This document shows positions 1 through 12,982 of a stretch of 64,000 nucleotides of DNA, in pieces. The DNA is taken from NCBI GenBank assembly GCA_002269645.1, contig NIVC01001396.1:124001-188000 (forward strand). The letters are read 5' to 3'. Made by a program: the position numbers and the translations under genes. Positions within the stretch are counted from its first letter, which is position 1. Every line of letters begins with the position of its first letter. The stretch is from Macrostomum lignano. Its lineage: Eukaryota. The notes under the pieces were generated by a model that was given only the letters and a program-made list of their open reading frames with translations, did no database searches and was not told the DNA's origin.

Positions 1-287
1 AATTAGGGGGGTGGGGTTGCATTCACGATAAGAGACGGGGGTGGATGATTAGAGCACGAGAGCGCGAGGGGGTAGAAAAATGATAACGAGGAACAAATAA
101 GCGTGCAATGGGGAGTGGGTACAAGGTGCGACCAGAAGGCAGAGAAGGCAGAGATAGAGATAAGCACAGAGAGGCAGCCAATCAGAATTAAGACATACAA
201 ACATAAGCGAGAAGGTGGAACAAATGAAGAAAGTCGCTATATGGCATGATACCATAAAATTCCCACCTGATATCCTAATCCTCCCAG

Positions 288-1153
288 GGCGACCTGCTCG
301 CAGGTCTGGACGAGTTCCTAAAATTCTGCATCGTTCTGCCGCCAAATGAATGGGACCCATCGATTCGCATTGAACCGCCAAAGGAGGTGCCCTCCCAGGA
401 CGTTCGCAAGCAGCACTCGTCCGCGAACCTGTCTGCCCTGAACGGAGGTGAGCGACATCTGTAAACAGAATAAGTAAAAACGGCCCTTTTGGGGCGATTA
501 ACACCGATAAGGGCCAACCCTCAAGGCACGGAGAGTGTACATACCCGACGGTGGTGGGAAGGACGAAAAAAACCCTTACTTTTTACTGACAGTAATTTGA
601 ACGCATTTTAATGCTATTTTAATGCTCCACATTCCAGCCGGAGAAGACGGCAGCCAGTCGGCTAATAAAATTGAAAAGTCTTCTTCCGGGCAACAGTTGA
701 AGCTCAAGGAGGCCTCATTCGATGCTGAGAAGCTGCCGTCGCCTCCGCCTCCGCCTCCGCTGCAGCAGCAGCAGTCTCAGACTCAAAGCGACTCGGAGGG
801 TCACTTCGATGCGTCCCTGGAGCGAACTGGACGCCTGTTTGGCGGCCTCACCGAAGACGTGAAACGCAAACTGCCGTTCTATCTGTCCGACGTGAAAGAC
901 GCAATTCACGTGCAAACCATTGGCGCTTTCTTCTTTATCTATTTTGCCTGTCTGACCCCCATCATCACGTTTGGCGGCCTGCTGGTGGACGCTACCGAAG
1001 GCTATTTGGGCGCTATGGAGTCCATTCTGTCTGGGGCCATCTGCGGCACTCTCTACGCTCTGTGCTCCGGGCAGCCGCTCACCATATTGGGTAATTTGGT
1101 GGATTCGATTCAGTTGTCAAGTTTTATTGATTAACAGATTGATTGATGGACAA

Positions 1154-1186
<33 letters not shown>

Positions 1187-1201
1187 CTGATTGATTGATT
1201 A

Positions 1202-1275
<74 letters not shown>

Positions 1276-4200
1276 GATTTATTGATTGTTTGATTGCTTG
1301 ATTGGTTTATTGATTGATTGATTAAGTAATTGATTGATTGACTGATGAGTTGGTTGATTGAAATGTTGATTGATTGATTGGTTCATTGATTGATAGAGTG
1401 ATTAAGTTCATTTGTTGCTGATCGATTGATTGATTGATTGGTTCATCGATTGATTGATTGGTTTTTTGATTGATTGATTGATTAGTTGATTACTTAAATC
1501 ATTGCTTTGTTGATTGATTGGTGAAATTATCTGGTTCAATAATTTTACTTTTTGATACTACGTCCATGACTGAAAATTGGATACAATAAACTATCAAGAT
1601 TTATCAATAAACAAAAACTATATAATTGAGACTCTCTAAAAGCATTCCCATATCTTATAATTTTTTCCAGGCTCAACTGGTCCCGTGTTGGTATTCGAAA
1701 CCATCGTGTTCAAGATGTGCAAGGAGTGGCACTGGGACTACCTGAGCTTGAGAATGTGGATCGGCCTGTGGATATTCGTCATCCTAATGCTTATAGTCGC
1801 TTTCGATTTAAGCGCGTTGGTTAAGTAAGTTCTTGTTTAACTTTTTGAGTGTACATTGCAACAGAGGGTTAACATAAGTGTACTTTACCATAGCGTTCGG
1901 TAGGATCGTAGCCTAGTGGTGAGAGCGTCAGACTCATGACTGAAAGGTTGGGGGTTCGATTCTCGACCCAAATCGGAAAAATTTGTGTTTGTCTTAAGTT
2001 GCAAGACAACTTAATTAACTCTGCATTGCTTCAGTTCACTCAGCTGTAAAATGGGTGCCAGTATTAGCTGGGGTAATTGAGGCTGTGTGTGTGGCGAACC
2101 CCTCCAGGTGCGGTTAGATGCAATGAAAAAATAATGACAATCTGTACATTGCCAATTCGAAATCTGCACATACTCACAAACCATGCCTCGAACAGGTACA
2201 TCACCAGATTCACTGAGGAATCGTTCGCGGCCCTAATCGCTCTCATCTTCATAGTGGAAGCCATAAAAAAGTTACTGCACATCGCTTCATATTATCCAAT
2301 TAATAAATCTTGGCACCCGAATTTCGTGTCAGATTTTAATTGCTCATGCGAGTTGGATCCTTCGGTGAACGCCTCCGAACGCAAGCCGCTGATGCCCGGT
2401 CAGCGCTACTTCGTGCCCAGCTATCCAAGACCCTACGGCGACGGCAACGGCACCGAAGTTCGCTATTTCGCCAATTATTCCCAACTGGACTACTGGGACT
2501 GGGAGTCCAGCAAATACTATAAATACTGCATCAATAATCAGGGAGTCTGGTCTGGCAGCGGTTGCGGCAAGTTCGCTGTGCCGGACGTATTCTTCTTCTC
2601 CTGCCTGCTCTTCCTGGGCACGTTCGGCATCAGCTACGGCCTGAAGATGATGCGCAACTCCAGATTCTTTCCAAATCGAGTTCGATCCATAATTAGCGAT
2701 TTCGCAGTCATGCTGGCTATTGTTGCCATGACATTGGTTGACCTGCTGATGGGACTGCACACGCCGAAGCTGCACGTGCCGGATACGTTCTCGCCGACAC
2801 TGGGCTATGAGACCAGAGGCTGGATTGTTCCACCATTCGGTAGTCGCGGTCAGAACCCGGCCTACTCTGCAATATTCGCCCTGCTGCCGGCTCTCCTAGC
2901 AACTATTCTGATCTTCATGGACCAGCAGATCACAGCAGTGATTGTCAATCGCAAGGAGAACAAGCTGAAGAAAGGCCTTGGCTATCATCTGGACTTGCTG
3001 ATTGTTGCAGTGCTGATTGGCATCAATTCTATTCTGGGCATTCCCTGGTTTGTTGCCGCCACCGTGCTGTCAATCAATCACGTTATGGCGCTGAAAATCG
3101 AGAGCGAGACAACTGCGCCGGGGGAGAGGCCCAAGTTCCTCGGGTGTCGGTGAGTCACTGACAGACACTGACAGACACACAGACAGACACTGACAGACAT
3201 AGACAGACACTGACAGACACTGACAGACACACAGACAGACACAGACAGACACTGACAGACACTGACAGACACTGACAGACACAGACAGACACTGACAGAC
3301 ACTGACAGACACACAGACAGACACAGACAGACAGACACTGACAGACACTGACAGACACTGACAGACACTGACAGACACAGACAGACACTGACAGACGCTG
3401 ACAGACACTGACAGACACACAGACAGACACTGACAGACATAGACAGACACTGACAGACACTGACAGACACACAGACAGACACAGACAGACACAGACAGAC
3501 ACAGACAGACACTGACAGACACTGACAGACACTGACAGACACACAGACAGACACTGACAGACACACAGACAGACACTTACAGACACTGACAGACACTGAC
3601 AGACACTGAAACATACACTGATAGACACTGACAGACGCTGACAGACACTGACAGACACGGACAGACACTGACAGACACTTACAGACACTGACAGACACTG
3701 ACAGACGCTGACAGACACTGACAGACACGGACAGACACTGACAGACACTTACAGACACTGACAGACACTGACAGACACTGAAACATACACTGACAGACAC
3801 TAAGACAGACACTGAGACAGACACTGAGACGAACTAAGCAGTCAGTTGATTTTGGAGTATTCTATCATAACTTTACGAGGCAAACCTTCAATTTATTTAA
3901 TTACAGCGAGAACCGCGTCACCGGCTTCCTGATCTTCCTACTCATCGGCCTGTCCGTCTTCCTGACTCCGGTGCTCAAGCACATCCCCATGCCGGTGCTA
4001 TACGGAGTGTTCCTGTTCATGGGCATCTCGAGCCTGCGCGGCGTGCAGCTCGTGCAGCGGGTGGGGCTCTTCTTCATGCCGCAGAAGTACCAGCCGGACT
4101 ACAGGTTCCTCAGGTGAGACTGCATGGCTGTGCCCGTCTGTCTCCGACGAATGCCTGTTTCAGTGTCTGTCTGTGTGTCTGTCTCAGTGTCTGTCTCAGT

Positions 4201-6573
4201 GTCTGTCTCAGTGTCTGTCTCAGTGTCTGTCTCAGTGTCTGTCTCAGTGTCTGTCTCAGTGTCTGTCTCAGTGTCTGTCTCAGTGTCTGTCTCAGTGTCT
4301 GTCTCAGTGTCTGTCTCAGTGTCTGTCTCAGTGTCTGTCTCAGTGTCTGTCTCAGTGTCTGTCTCAGTGTCTGTCTCAGTGTCTGTCTCAGTGTCTGTCT
4401 CAGTGTCTGTCTCAGTGTCTGTCTCAGTGTCTGTCTCAGTGTCTGTCTGTGTCTGTCTTGGTGTCCGTCTTAGTGTCTGTCTCAGTGTCTGTCTTGGTGT
4501 CTGTCTCAGTGTCTGTTTCAGTGGCTGTCTCAGTGTCTGTCTCAGTGTCTTTCTTAGTGTCTGTCTCAGTGTCTGTCTCAGTGTCTGTCTCAGTGTCTGT
4601 CCCAGTGTCTGTCTTAGTGTCTGTCTTAGTGTCTGTCTCAGTGTCTGTCTTGGTGTCCGTCTTAGTGTCTGTCTCAGTGTCTGTCTCAGTGTCTGTCTCA
4701 GTGTCTGTCTCACTGTCTGTCTCAGTATCTGTCTGTGTCTGTCTTAGTGTCTGTCTTAGTGTCTGTCTCAGTGTCTGTCTCAGTGTCTGTCTCAGTGTCT
4801 GTCTCAGTGTCTGTCTCAGTGTCTGTCTCAGTGTCTGTCTCAGTATCTGTCTGTGTCTGTCTTGGTGTCCGTCTTAGTGTCTGTCTCAGTGTCTGTCTTG
4901 GTGTCTGTCTCAGTGTCTGTTTCAGTGGCTGTCTCAGTGTCTGTCTCAGTGTCTGTCTCAGTGTCTGTCTCAGTGTCTGTCTCAGTGTCTGTCTCAGTGT
5001 CTGTCCCAGTGTCTGTCTTAGTGTCTGTCTTAGTGTCTGTCTCAGTGTCTTTCTTGGTGTCCGTCTTAGTGTCTGTCTCAGTGTCTGTCTCAGTGTCTGT
5101 CTCAGTGTCTGTCTCAGTATCTGTCTGTGTCTGTCTTAGTGTCTGTCTTAGTGTCTGTCTCAGTGTCTGTCTTGGTGTCCGTCTTAGTGTCTGTCTCATC
5201 GTCTGTCTTGGAGTCCTTCTTAGTGTCTGTCTCAGTGTCTGTCTTGGTGTCTGTCTCAGTGTCTGTCTTGGTGTCCTTCTTAGTGTCTGTCTCAGTGTTT
5301 GTCTTGGTGTCTGTCTTGGTGTCTGTCTCAGTGTCTGTCTTTGTGTCTCTCTTGGTGTCTGTCTTGGTTTCTGTCTTGGTGTCTGTCGGTGTCTGTCTTT
5401 GTGTCTGTCTTTGTGTCTGTCTCAGTGTCTGTCTGTCTGTCTGAGCACACTTCAATCCCAATATGCGCGCTCACCCATTTCAGGCACGTGAAGATAATCC
5501 AGGTGCACAAGTTCACCATCATCCAGGTGGCCTGCCTCGCCCTACTCTGGGCCGTGAAGGTGATCAAGCAGGTGTCAATCCTGTTCCCCATCATGGTGTT
5601 GGCCATGTGCTTCATCCGCAAAGCTCTAGACTACGTGTTCACCCAGAATGAATTGAAATGGCTGGACGATATCATGCCGGAGCTGACTCTGAAGCCCAAG
5701 ACCGCGTCAAGCAGAGCAGCATCCGACATCGGCATGACGGAGAAGCTGGGCAAATCCGGTGACAGCTCGGCAAGCGGTTTGGAGAAAAAGTCTTCGGCCA
5801 ATGTTGCTGGGTGAGCTGCTAACTACCTGCAACCTCTTCTCTTCTTGACGAAAGCAACTTAAGATATTATTGTGGAACGCCACACTAGCAAACTGTGCAA
5901 ATTTTCATTGGAGACCGAGATTTTGAGATTTATCGGATTTCATGCAGCTTTGGGATGTTCGTTTACTAACTTATGAGAAACGGTTGAGCCATAACATTTG
6001 GTCCTTTATAGTTTTAAGTTCAGATACTCAGAGACTCATTCTCCGTTATTGGGTTGAGTCTCATTTTGTTTCTCTAATTATAGTCTATGGCCACGTTTTT
6101 TATGAGCATCACTCGAGGCTAGATTGTTTGGCTATAGCGTGCAAACAAAGTCCTAATTAATTGGTGGATTGTTCAAGTATTTCTGCTTGTTCTATCATGT
6201 TTTAATTTATAGTGCTAAAATAAATACCTGCAGTGTAAAGAACTTTAAAAAACCCTTCAAAATGTACACTTCTACCGAGTGCATAACGTCCTTCTAAAGG
6301 TCTTTCTAAAGTCTCGCAAATTTTTACGTCTAACTGCGTTTTAACAAAACAATTGCTCCACATGTTTTCGAATGACCTTTGAAAGCTTTTGTCTTAAGAA
6401 AAAATATTTAGAAGACTTTTTTAGTTACTATATATATAATTGCAAATATTTTCCGCAGAACCCAGCCTAACGAATCCGAGGCCCTGCTGTTGCCAGGTGC
6501 GCCCGAAGTCAACATCGTGGTTGAACCTCCGTCGCCAGCGCAGTCGCCAATACAGTCGAAAAAACTCTACTGA
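288..6573 (+). CDS. SLC4-family bicarbonate transporter (NBC/NDCBE-like), 5'-partial. Exons 288-447, 638-1090, 1671-1824, 2196-3149, 3907-4113, 5484-5810, 6459-6573
   Basis: Exons join in phase across GT-AG introns. Family motifs: [105 protein letters not shown]+PVLYGVFL+MG. Stop TGA at 6571-6573. The N-terminal cytoplasmic exons lie upstream of the window. Confidence 0.95.
1135..1500. repeat. (GATT)n microsatellite, degenerating at its 3' end, in an SLC4 intron
   Basis: Direct reading of gattgattgatt runs. Confidence 0.95.
1902..2130 (+). mobile_element. tRNA-derived SINE with CORE-like central domain, 3' part deleted or diverged
   Basis: A box TAGCCTAGTGG and B box GGTTCGATTC. Body ttaactctgcattgcttcagttcactcagctgtaaaatgggt resembles the CORE domain. 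A homologous copy lies on the minus strand at 56701-57020. Confidence 0.85.
3154..3835. repeat. (TGACAGACAC/AGACAGACAC)n minisatellite, about 10-bp unit
   Basis: Starts 4 nt after the splice donor at 3150. It explains the spurious SVSVCQCL ORFs. Confidence 0.95.
4134..5441. repeat. (GTGTCTGTCTCA)n minisatellite, 12-bp unit
   Basis: Fills almost the whole intron 4114-5483. The reverse complement of the unit, TGAGACAGACAC, matches the 3154-3835 array. Confidence 0.95.
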
Positions 6574-7901
6574 TAATCGTTTATTTATCGACAAGTTGGC
6601 TGACGCATAAATGATTAGTTTATTTAGTTATTTGGTGATGATAACATTATGGCTACTATTGTACTCGTACTACTGTATGTGGTTAAAAACTTGATAGATT
6701 AATTCAATTTATGATTTTGATCTTTGAGCCTTGTTCTGAGAAAACGTAGCAAAATTAGAGATGATCAGCAATCAGAAGTTTTAGGGTTGATGTAGTATTT
6801 AGTTAGAGGTAGGTGGGTTGTGTGCACTCTGGCGCACTTTAAGCAACATTGTCACACAACCGGTGAGAGGCATTGCTGCCCATTCCACAGACTCCCCTGA
6901 GCAGGCACACAAGCGCGCGGATACGTACGCAGTCATACGCACAGGCACACTCTCACACAGGAGTGTACAGCGGCCCTGACTTTATCGTTAGGCATGTACA
7001 CTTCACTGTGCCTTGGGGGTTGGCCATCAAGGGCGTTAATTGCACGAGCAGAGCCAAGCCCAGGGAATGTTCAAACTATAACAAAATTACAAGGCTTGAT
7101 TTATAATTATTTCATGATTAGCATAGAAAAAAAATACTTGTAACTTTTAATTTCATGCGCCATAGCTTATTCTATACTATTTGAAGTGCAAATCTAAAAA
7201 AATTATTAGCTTTTTTCAAATAACTGGACTTTAAATTGCAAAATAGTCAAAAACTTAACTTGCAATCGTATTTAAATATACCGTAACTATATCAACTCGA
7301 TAAAACAAAACTTTTTGGAGCAGAAATTTACAACTCAAAAAGCTCTAATTTACAATAGGTTGATATGTAGCCTAAAGACCACTTATTTTTGTTCCGATGT
7401 CTATATGAGGTTAACTTATCAATATTTTCCCTTCACCAGGTTCACCTGGATACGTTTAGCATAAAATTTCAGTTTCGATTAGATATTCGAACTGCCTTGG
7501 TACTCACATTTGGTGTACTGCCAAGGACAAACGATATACTTCAGTGGGATATTTACCTAGCTTCCCAGACAACCAAATACGTCTGTCAACGTCGACTTCA
7601 CGTTTCAATTTTATCGCACCAAACGACGTCGCAAAAAAATTGACGGGCGACCAAGTTTTTGGTCGCAAATTAACTTTTTGGCGACCAAATAAGCGACGAG
7701 GACCCAGCAGTGACAGATCTGCGATGCTTTCATCATGACTGGCTGTGACAATTTCTAACGAATTAGCTGTCAGCTCTCGGAGGCTATCTTTAGCCAGCAC
7801 ATTGCACATGACTAGATAAGCAGCAAACGCTTTGTTGCAAGCCTGCAATTTCCAGTTAACAAACAGAGTTAAACCATTTTAAAGTAATAAACTGCATAGA
7901 A

Positions 7902-8903
7902 ATGTCAAACTCTTTGAGTTTAGTGATTTGTCTTATTACAATAATCAACTTGTTAAGCAACGCGACACGGATGGTTGGATGCGACTTGGCGGTGAATTGG
8001 CGAAAAATCGGAGAGGATCTTTCTGAGTACAGGCTGATGAAGCAGGCTGCTGAGATAGGGCACCTGGCCCAGTGCCTGTTATCCGCTGACAATACCAGCG
8101 AGGCGGTCTGGTACTCGAGTCACAACCGAACCTGTCATGAGTTTGTGTGCAACAGGGGGCCAAACGGTTGTAGAAAGTGCAGGAATGCTATTCGTGCAGA
8201 TGCTACAGTGACTCAAGTCTGGGTGAGTACACGTGTCTGCAACACGGATTTTCTTCTGTTTTCTCTGGTCTTCTATTACGTTCCAAAATGCTTTCAGATT
8301 CGGGCACAACCATCGGGCCAATTCAACTGCTGGAAGACATTCCAGCATCGTGTCAGCAGCAACCTGAGCTTCGATAAGAACTGGACCGACTACTCCACCG
8401 GATTTGGCTTAGAAGAGGCCGACAATTTCTGGCTGGGCCTTGAGCAGATTCACCAGCTCACCAAACACAGAGGTCGCCGGGTCCGTTGGGAGCTGAGCGA
8501 TTGGGACAAAAAATGGTACTGGACGGAGAACTTCAACTTCACCGTGTCCGGGCCCGAGGACAAGTACCGGGCTGTCATTGGCGAGTTTGACTCTGCCGCT
8601 TCAAGCATTGGACAGGCCATGACGACTAGCGACGTTGGCATCCAGGGTAACCAGTTTTCAACCCCGGACTCCGATAACGATTTGAGTCCGGATGATTGCG
8701 CTTTAGAGCGTCGCGGGGGCTGGTGGTTCGGTTATTGTACTTACTTCAATCCGAACGGCATCTACTTCGACTACCCAACAGCCTTGAGCGTGCACTACAC
8801 CCAGATGCCAATGATGTACCACTGCGACGGGTGTCCCAGTCCTCTGGGCCAGAGCTACTCGCTGAGAACGGTAGAGTGCATGATTGAGCACTGGATGCCA
8901 TGA
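7902..8903 (+). CDS. Secreted fibrinogen C-terminal domain protein (FReD) with a Cys-rich PAN/apple-like N-terminal region; probable 75-nt intron at 8223-8297
   Basis: Hydrophobic signal peptide. FReD motifs WKTFQHR, F.KNW.DY..GFG, FWLGLE.IH.LT, FST.D.DND, C....GGWWF..C...NPNG. Donor GTGAGT at 8223 and a pyrimidine tract plus CAG ending at 8297. Confidence 0.9.
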   Translation: MSNSLSLVICLITIINLLSNATRMVGCDLAVNWRKIGEDLSEYRLMKQAAEIGHLAQCLLSADNTSEAVWYSSHNRTCHEFVCNRGPNGCRKCRNAIRADATVTQVWVSTRVCNTDFLLFSLVFYYVPKCFQIRAQPSGQFNCWKTFQHRVSSNLSFDKNWTDYSTGFGLEEADNFWLGLEQIHQLTKHRGRRVRWELSDWDKKWYWTENFNFTVSGPEDKYRAVIGEFDSAASSIGQAMTTSDVGIQGNQFSTPDSDNDLSPDDCALERRGGWWFGYCTYFNPNGIYFDYPTALSVHYTQMPMMYHCDGCPSPLGQSYSLRTVECMIEHWMP

Positions 8904-10799
8904 TACAGGATCTAGAATCGTCTTTAAAAACAAGCTCGTTAAAGCGCGCGCATAAGGTTAAATGCTGTTTACGTCGTATAGTGTTAGATTGGGTGCAATG
9001 TTGATAAAAAGCTTGTAGGATTCTTGAGGGGCTGCGTGTGACGAGGAGCGGAGCACGAGTTTAGAAGTACTTTGAGCAGTTTCACGTTGGTTTTGTGCGT
9101 CAGTTTGAAACTTTTTTGCGCATCTGGACTGGGCTGAAAGCGACTTGTCTGTATGGTCTATTGTACACATATTTTTGTTTAAATTATTAGATTTGTTTAC
9201 TAGCGACTTTAAGTAAGCCCCTGAAGCTGTCAATTTGACGAAACGCGTTGACCAATGACGTTTTAATGTTTGTTTTGAAATTTTTAATCACTGTATTTAT
9301 AAAAGCAACTCTACCCCAACAATGAATAATTTTTTTATCTAGAAATTAAAAACATTTATTGGCGTACACTGAGATTTGTGCAAAGTTTTGTGAATTCCTA
9401 GAAACATTTATGATATATCCACGTGTTCACATGCGTCGGAACGTTTAAAAAACGTTTTAAACGTTTTTAAAGCAGGTACCATTGATGCCCCCTTTTAAAA
9501 GTGGGGGGGGCATGGCCCCCCTGCCTCCCCCTCTCCCCTGTTCTGTCGCATATGATCATTACTCATTTGTTATAATCAATTAATTGCTTATACGACGGAT
9601 TCTCGCATCCTGGATCCAACCTGATCAGATCCGTATTTTTGTAGTTTCCGACACTCACAAAATATAAAGTGGCAAATTAATACTGAAAGGATTAAAAATA
9701 TAACAATTCTAGCGCTTAATTTTGCTGGATAAAATAAAAAAAAATTAATTTTACTACAAAGTGGGGGCAGATACCTTTGATGGCCATGCCTATGCATGTG
9801 CCTTAACAAACAGAATAAAGCCCTGAAACTTTTAACTGAATTAATAAGTTTTAACTTATGAGCCAACTGACACTCAATCATGCGGCTATGAGCTGCTTAA
9901 TTCCCTCAGTAATTATTAATGGCAACCAAACCCATAGTCATGGGGATAGAAAGATGGAATTAATGGATTCCATCATCCCGATCGTAAAAGATGGAAAAAT
10001 ATTGAAAAATATCAATTTAATTTGCAGCAGCCAATTTGTTTTTTGGTATCTGGAAGCAAAATTATGATATAGAAAAGAGAAATCAAGGAATTAATTAACT
10101 CCGGATCAAAGATAATTTTTTGCTTTTTCTGTTTTAATAATCTGCTATCGACTTATTCTACTGTCACAATTAAAATAGCCAATCCAATATAGTGTATTAT
10201 TCTCTTTTGTACTCAGGGGGGGGGGGCAGAACGCCGCGATTCGGCCGCGAGGACCCTATCGCAATCCAAGCTAAAAACAGAAAGGCGTCAGCCTTGTGGT
10301 TGCGCCCACCTTTTCGCCAGCAGCAGGAGAGCTCGCGAGAGTGGCGTCTGCGATCTTCATCCGTCCAGAGTCCCGAACGAATGCGCGTAGGTCCCAGATC
10401 CAGTTCGGAGTGGTGAGCTCGTCCAGCCTTGGCGTGTGTCCGAGGTTGACGTCTCCGCGCCTCGTTGAAGTGCGATGACCATGTGCACATCTCGCTGAGG
10501 TCAGTTTTACTTAGGGAGATTAGATATTCGGATAATTTCCCATTTATGGCAGGAACTGCCGTTCGTGTTTGCCGATTTTCGGATAACATAGATCCTATCA
10601 AAAATCGCCCGGGTCGGTAAGCTATTGAAACAGACTGAAACGGACTTGGTTGAGAGCTTGATAGAAAACAAGGCCTTAATAGCGCCCTGGCTGTCAGAGT
10701 AGAAATTTGTGTCAAAGCTGCTGATGACATGCAGCTCTGTGCAACTGCTCAGTACACTGGTTGATGGCCATGACTTCGGATTGAAAAACCGAGACGTTC

Positions 10800-11385
10800 T
10801 CGGGCCAATTCAACTGCTGGAAGACATTCCAGCATCGTGTCAGCAGCAACCTGAGCTTCGATAAGAACTGGACCGACTACTCCACCGGATTTGGCTTAGA
10901 AGAGGCCGACAATTTCTGGCTGGGCCTTGAGCAGATTCACCAGCTCACCAAACACAGAGGTCGCCGGGTCCGCTGGGAGCTGAGCGATTGGGACAAAAAA
11001 TTGGACGGAGAACTTCAACTTCACCGTGTCCGGGCCCGAGGACAAGTACCGGGCTGTCATTGGCGAGTTTGACTCTGCCGCTTCAAGCATTGGACAGGCC
11101 ATGACGACTAGCGACGTTGGCATCCAGGGTAATCAGTTTTCAACCCCGGACTCCGATAACGATTTGAGTCCGGATGATTGCGCTTTAGAGCGCCGCGGGG
11201 GCTGGTGGTTCGGATATTGTACTTACTTCAATCCGAACGGCATCTACTTCGACTACCCAACAGCCTTGAGCGTGCACTACACCCAGATGCCAATGATGTA
11301 CCACTGCGACGGGTGTCCCAGTCCTCTGGGTCAGAGCTACTCGCTGAGAACGGTAGAGTGCATGATTGAGCACTGGATGTCATGA
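10800..11385 (+). pseudogene. 5'-truncated duplicate of the FReD gene with a 5-nt frameshifting deletion
   Basis: Near-identical to 8313-8903; homology runs on to about 11413 in the 3' flank. GGTAC is missing after gacaaaaaat (about 11001). An in-frame TGA lies just upstream at 10782-10784, and there is no signal or PAN exon. Confidence 0.85.
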
Positions 11386-12982
11386 TACAGGATCTAGAAT
11401 CGTCTTTAAAAACAAACTGGAGATCAATTCTGATGAACAAGAATAATATCGAACTGTTTGTTTAAAAACTATTAAAACAAAATCGTTTTTTTAAATTCCC
11501 GGAAACATTTATTATATCCACGCGTGTTTTAACAGACAGAAGCAGCCTCTAGCTTGACGAGCTGCATCACATGTCGTAAAAAGCTTTTAGCTAAATTAAA
11601 AAAGTTTTAACTAACGGGCCATCTGCAATTTGAATCATGCGGGTATGGACTGCTGATAATTCCCGCATTAAATATTTTGTGAGCATCCTAAAAGCCTTGA
11701 TAAATATACAGTACGTATGCTGAGGAAGCAGTTGCCTTTTTCAATTAGAATCTGCTTTTTAATATTCTGAATGGGGGGTAGAGGGATGGGGATGTATCGT
11801 AAAAGATAGGAAAAATATGGAAAAATACCATTCTACTTTACATATATGCAGCTGTTTGTTTTTCGGTATCTAAGGGGTTGGGGGGGGGGCAGAAATGTGC
11901 TGATACCTGTACATGTACATGTAGCAATTAGAAAGGAATTAAATAGTTACGCTCGTAACTTCGCGGACCAGCAGGGTATTTTTGGTTTTTTTATTGTTCT
12001 GGCCATGTCCGTTTATCGGCTCATTCTACTGTCCAAAGTAGCCTATGGTAGTAGTGTACATGTATCTTTTGGATGATCGATGATATACTCGATAGAAGAT
12101 CCCTAATATATTTTGCCCAATAACAGTTCGGCTTATGATTATTTAATTTGGATAAGAACATGCAAAATTGATTGTAGTAGTAGGTTTTAGCAGCAATTAA
12201 AAGAACATTTTTAAAATATATTTTTAAATGATAAACTAGTTAGGAAAGTAAAATAATTTAAACAATTAAGCCTAATTAACTAATATGTTTCAACGACACT
12301 AAAACTACCAGATAAAAATTTGTGCAGAAAAAGTATTTTCGAACTCGATTCAAAATTTATGCAACAGATTTGTAAAACAAGACGGTCTCTGATGAGATTG
12401 TCGCTTGTGGCGTAATCAGCCCGGAGGGTTGTGGTGCGGCCTGGGGCTTCCATGACTGGTTGATCTTGTGTTGTCTGGTCGGGTTGCCCGTGTTTTAGGA
12501 AGAGTTCCATGCTCTGTGCTGCTTCGAGCTGCAAGGGTAGTGGGTGAACAGCTACTGTGGACAAAAATGATAAGTAGCCAAAAAGATTTTTAAATTACAA
12601 TACAGATTTTTAACATACAAATGTTGACGTGATGGATACTTTTAAACGCATGCACGTTTTGTACCGGTTGTTCATAAAAATTTTACAAATTTTGCAAAAA
12701 AATAAATTTACATTTTTGGGCTCAGTAAAACAAAAACACTAACTACTTCAAAAAGATATCGCTTAAGAACTTTGGCTAATATGGTTTAGAAATGGAAAAA
12801 AAATTATTTATTTTACTAAAAAATTTTTATTACTTTTGTTTTGTTTACAATTTTAATGTTTAGTTTAGGATAAAATACTATTTTTTCTTTCTATCCCCCA
12901 ATAGTATCATTTTGTAACTGTTATCGAAGTGACAGACTCTATTTATAGACTGCTTTCGTTACTTTCTATTCTTATTGATGCA

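Noticed and set aside
1902-1975. Possible tRNA-Met gene
   Set aside because: The acceptor stem does not close, and the sequence continues into a CORE-like body shared with 56701-57020, so it is a SINE head.
10197-10730. GC-rich island with overlapping ORFs between the FReD copies
   Set aside because: No recognisable domain in any frame; possibly a transposon fragment, but unsupported.
12280-12564. Minus-strand ORF with DNLIRDRLVL, reminiscent of Gypsy gag
   Set aside because: Only one short motif, flanking motifs in the wrong order, and no pol or LTR seen.
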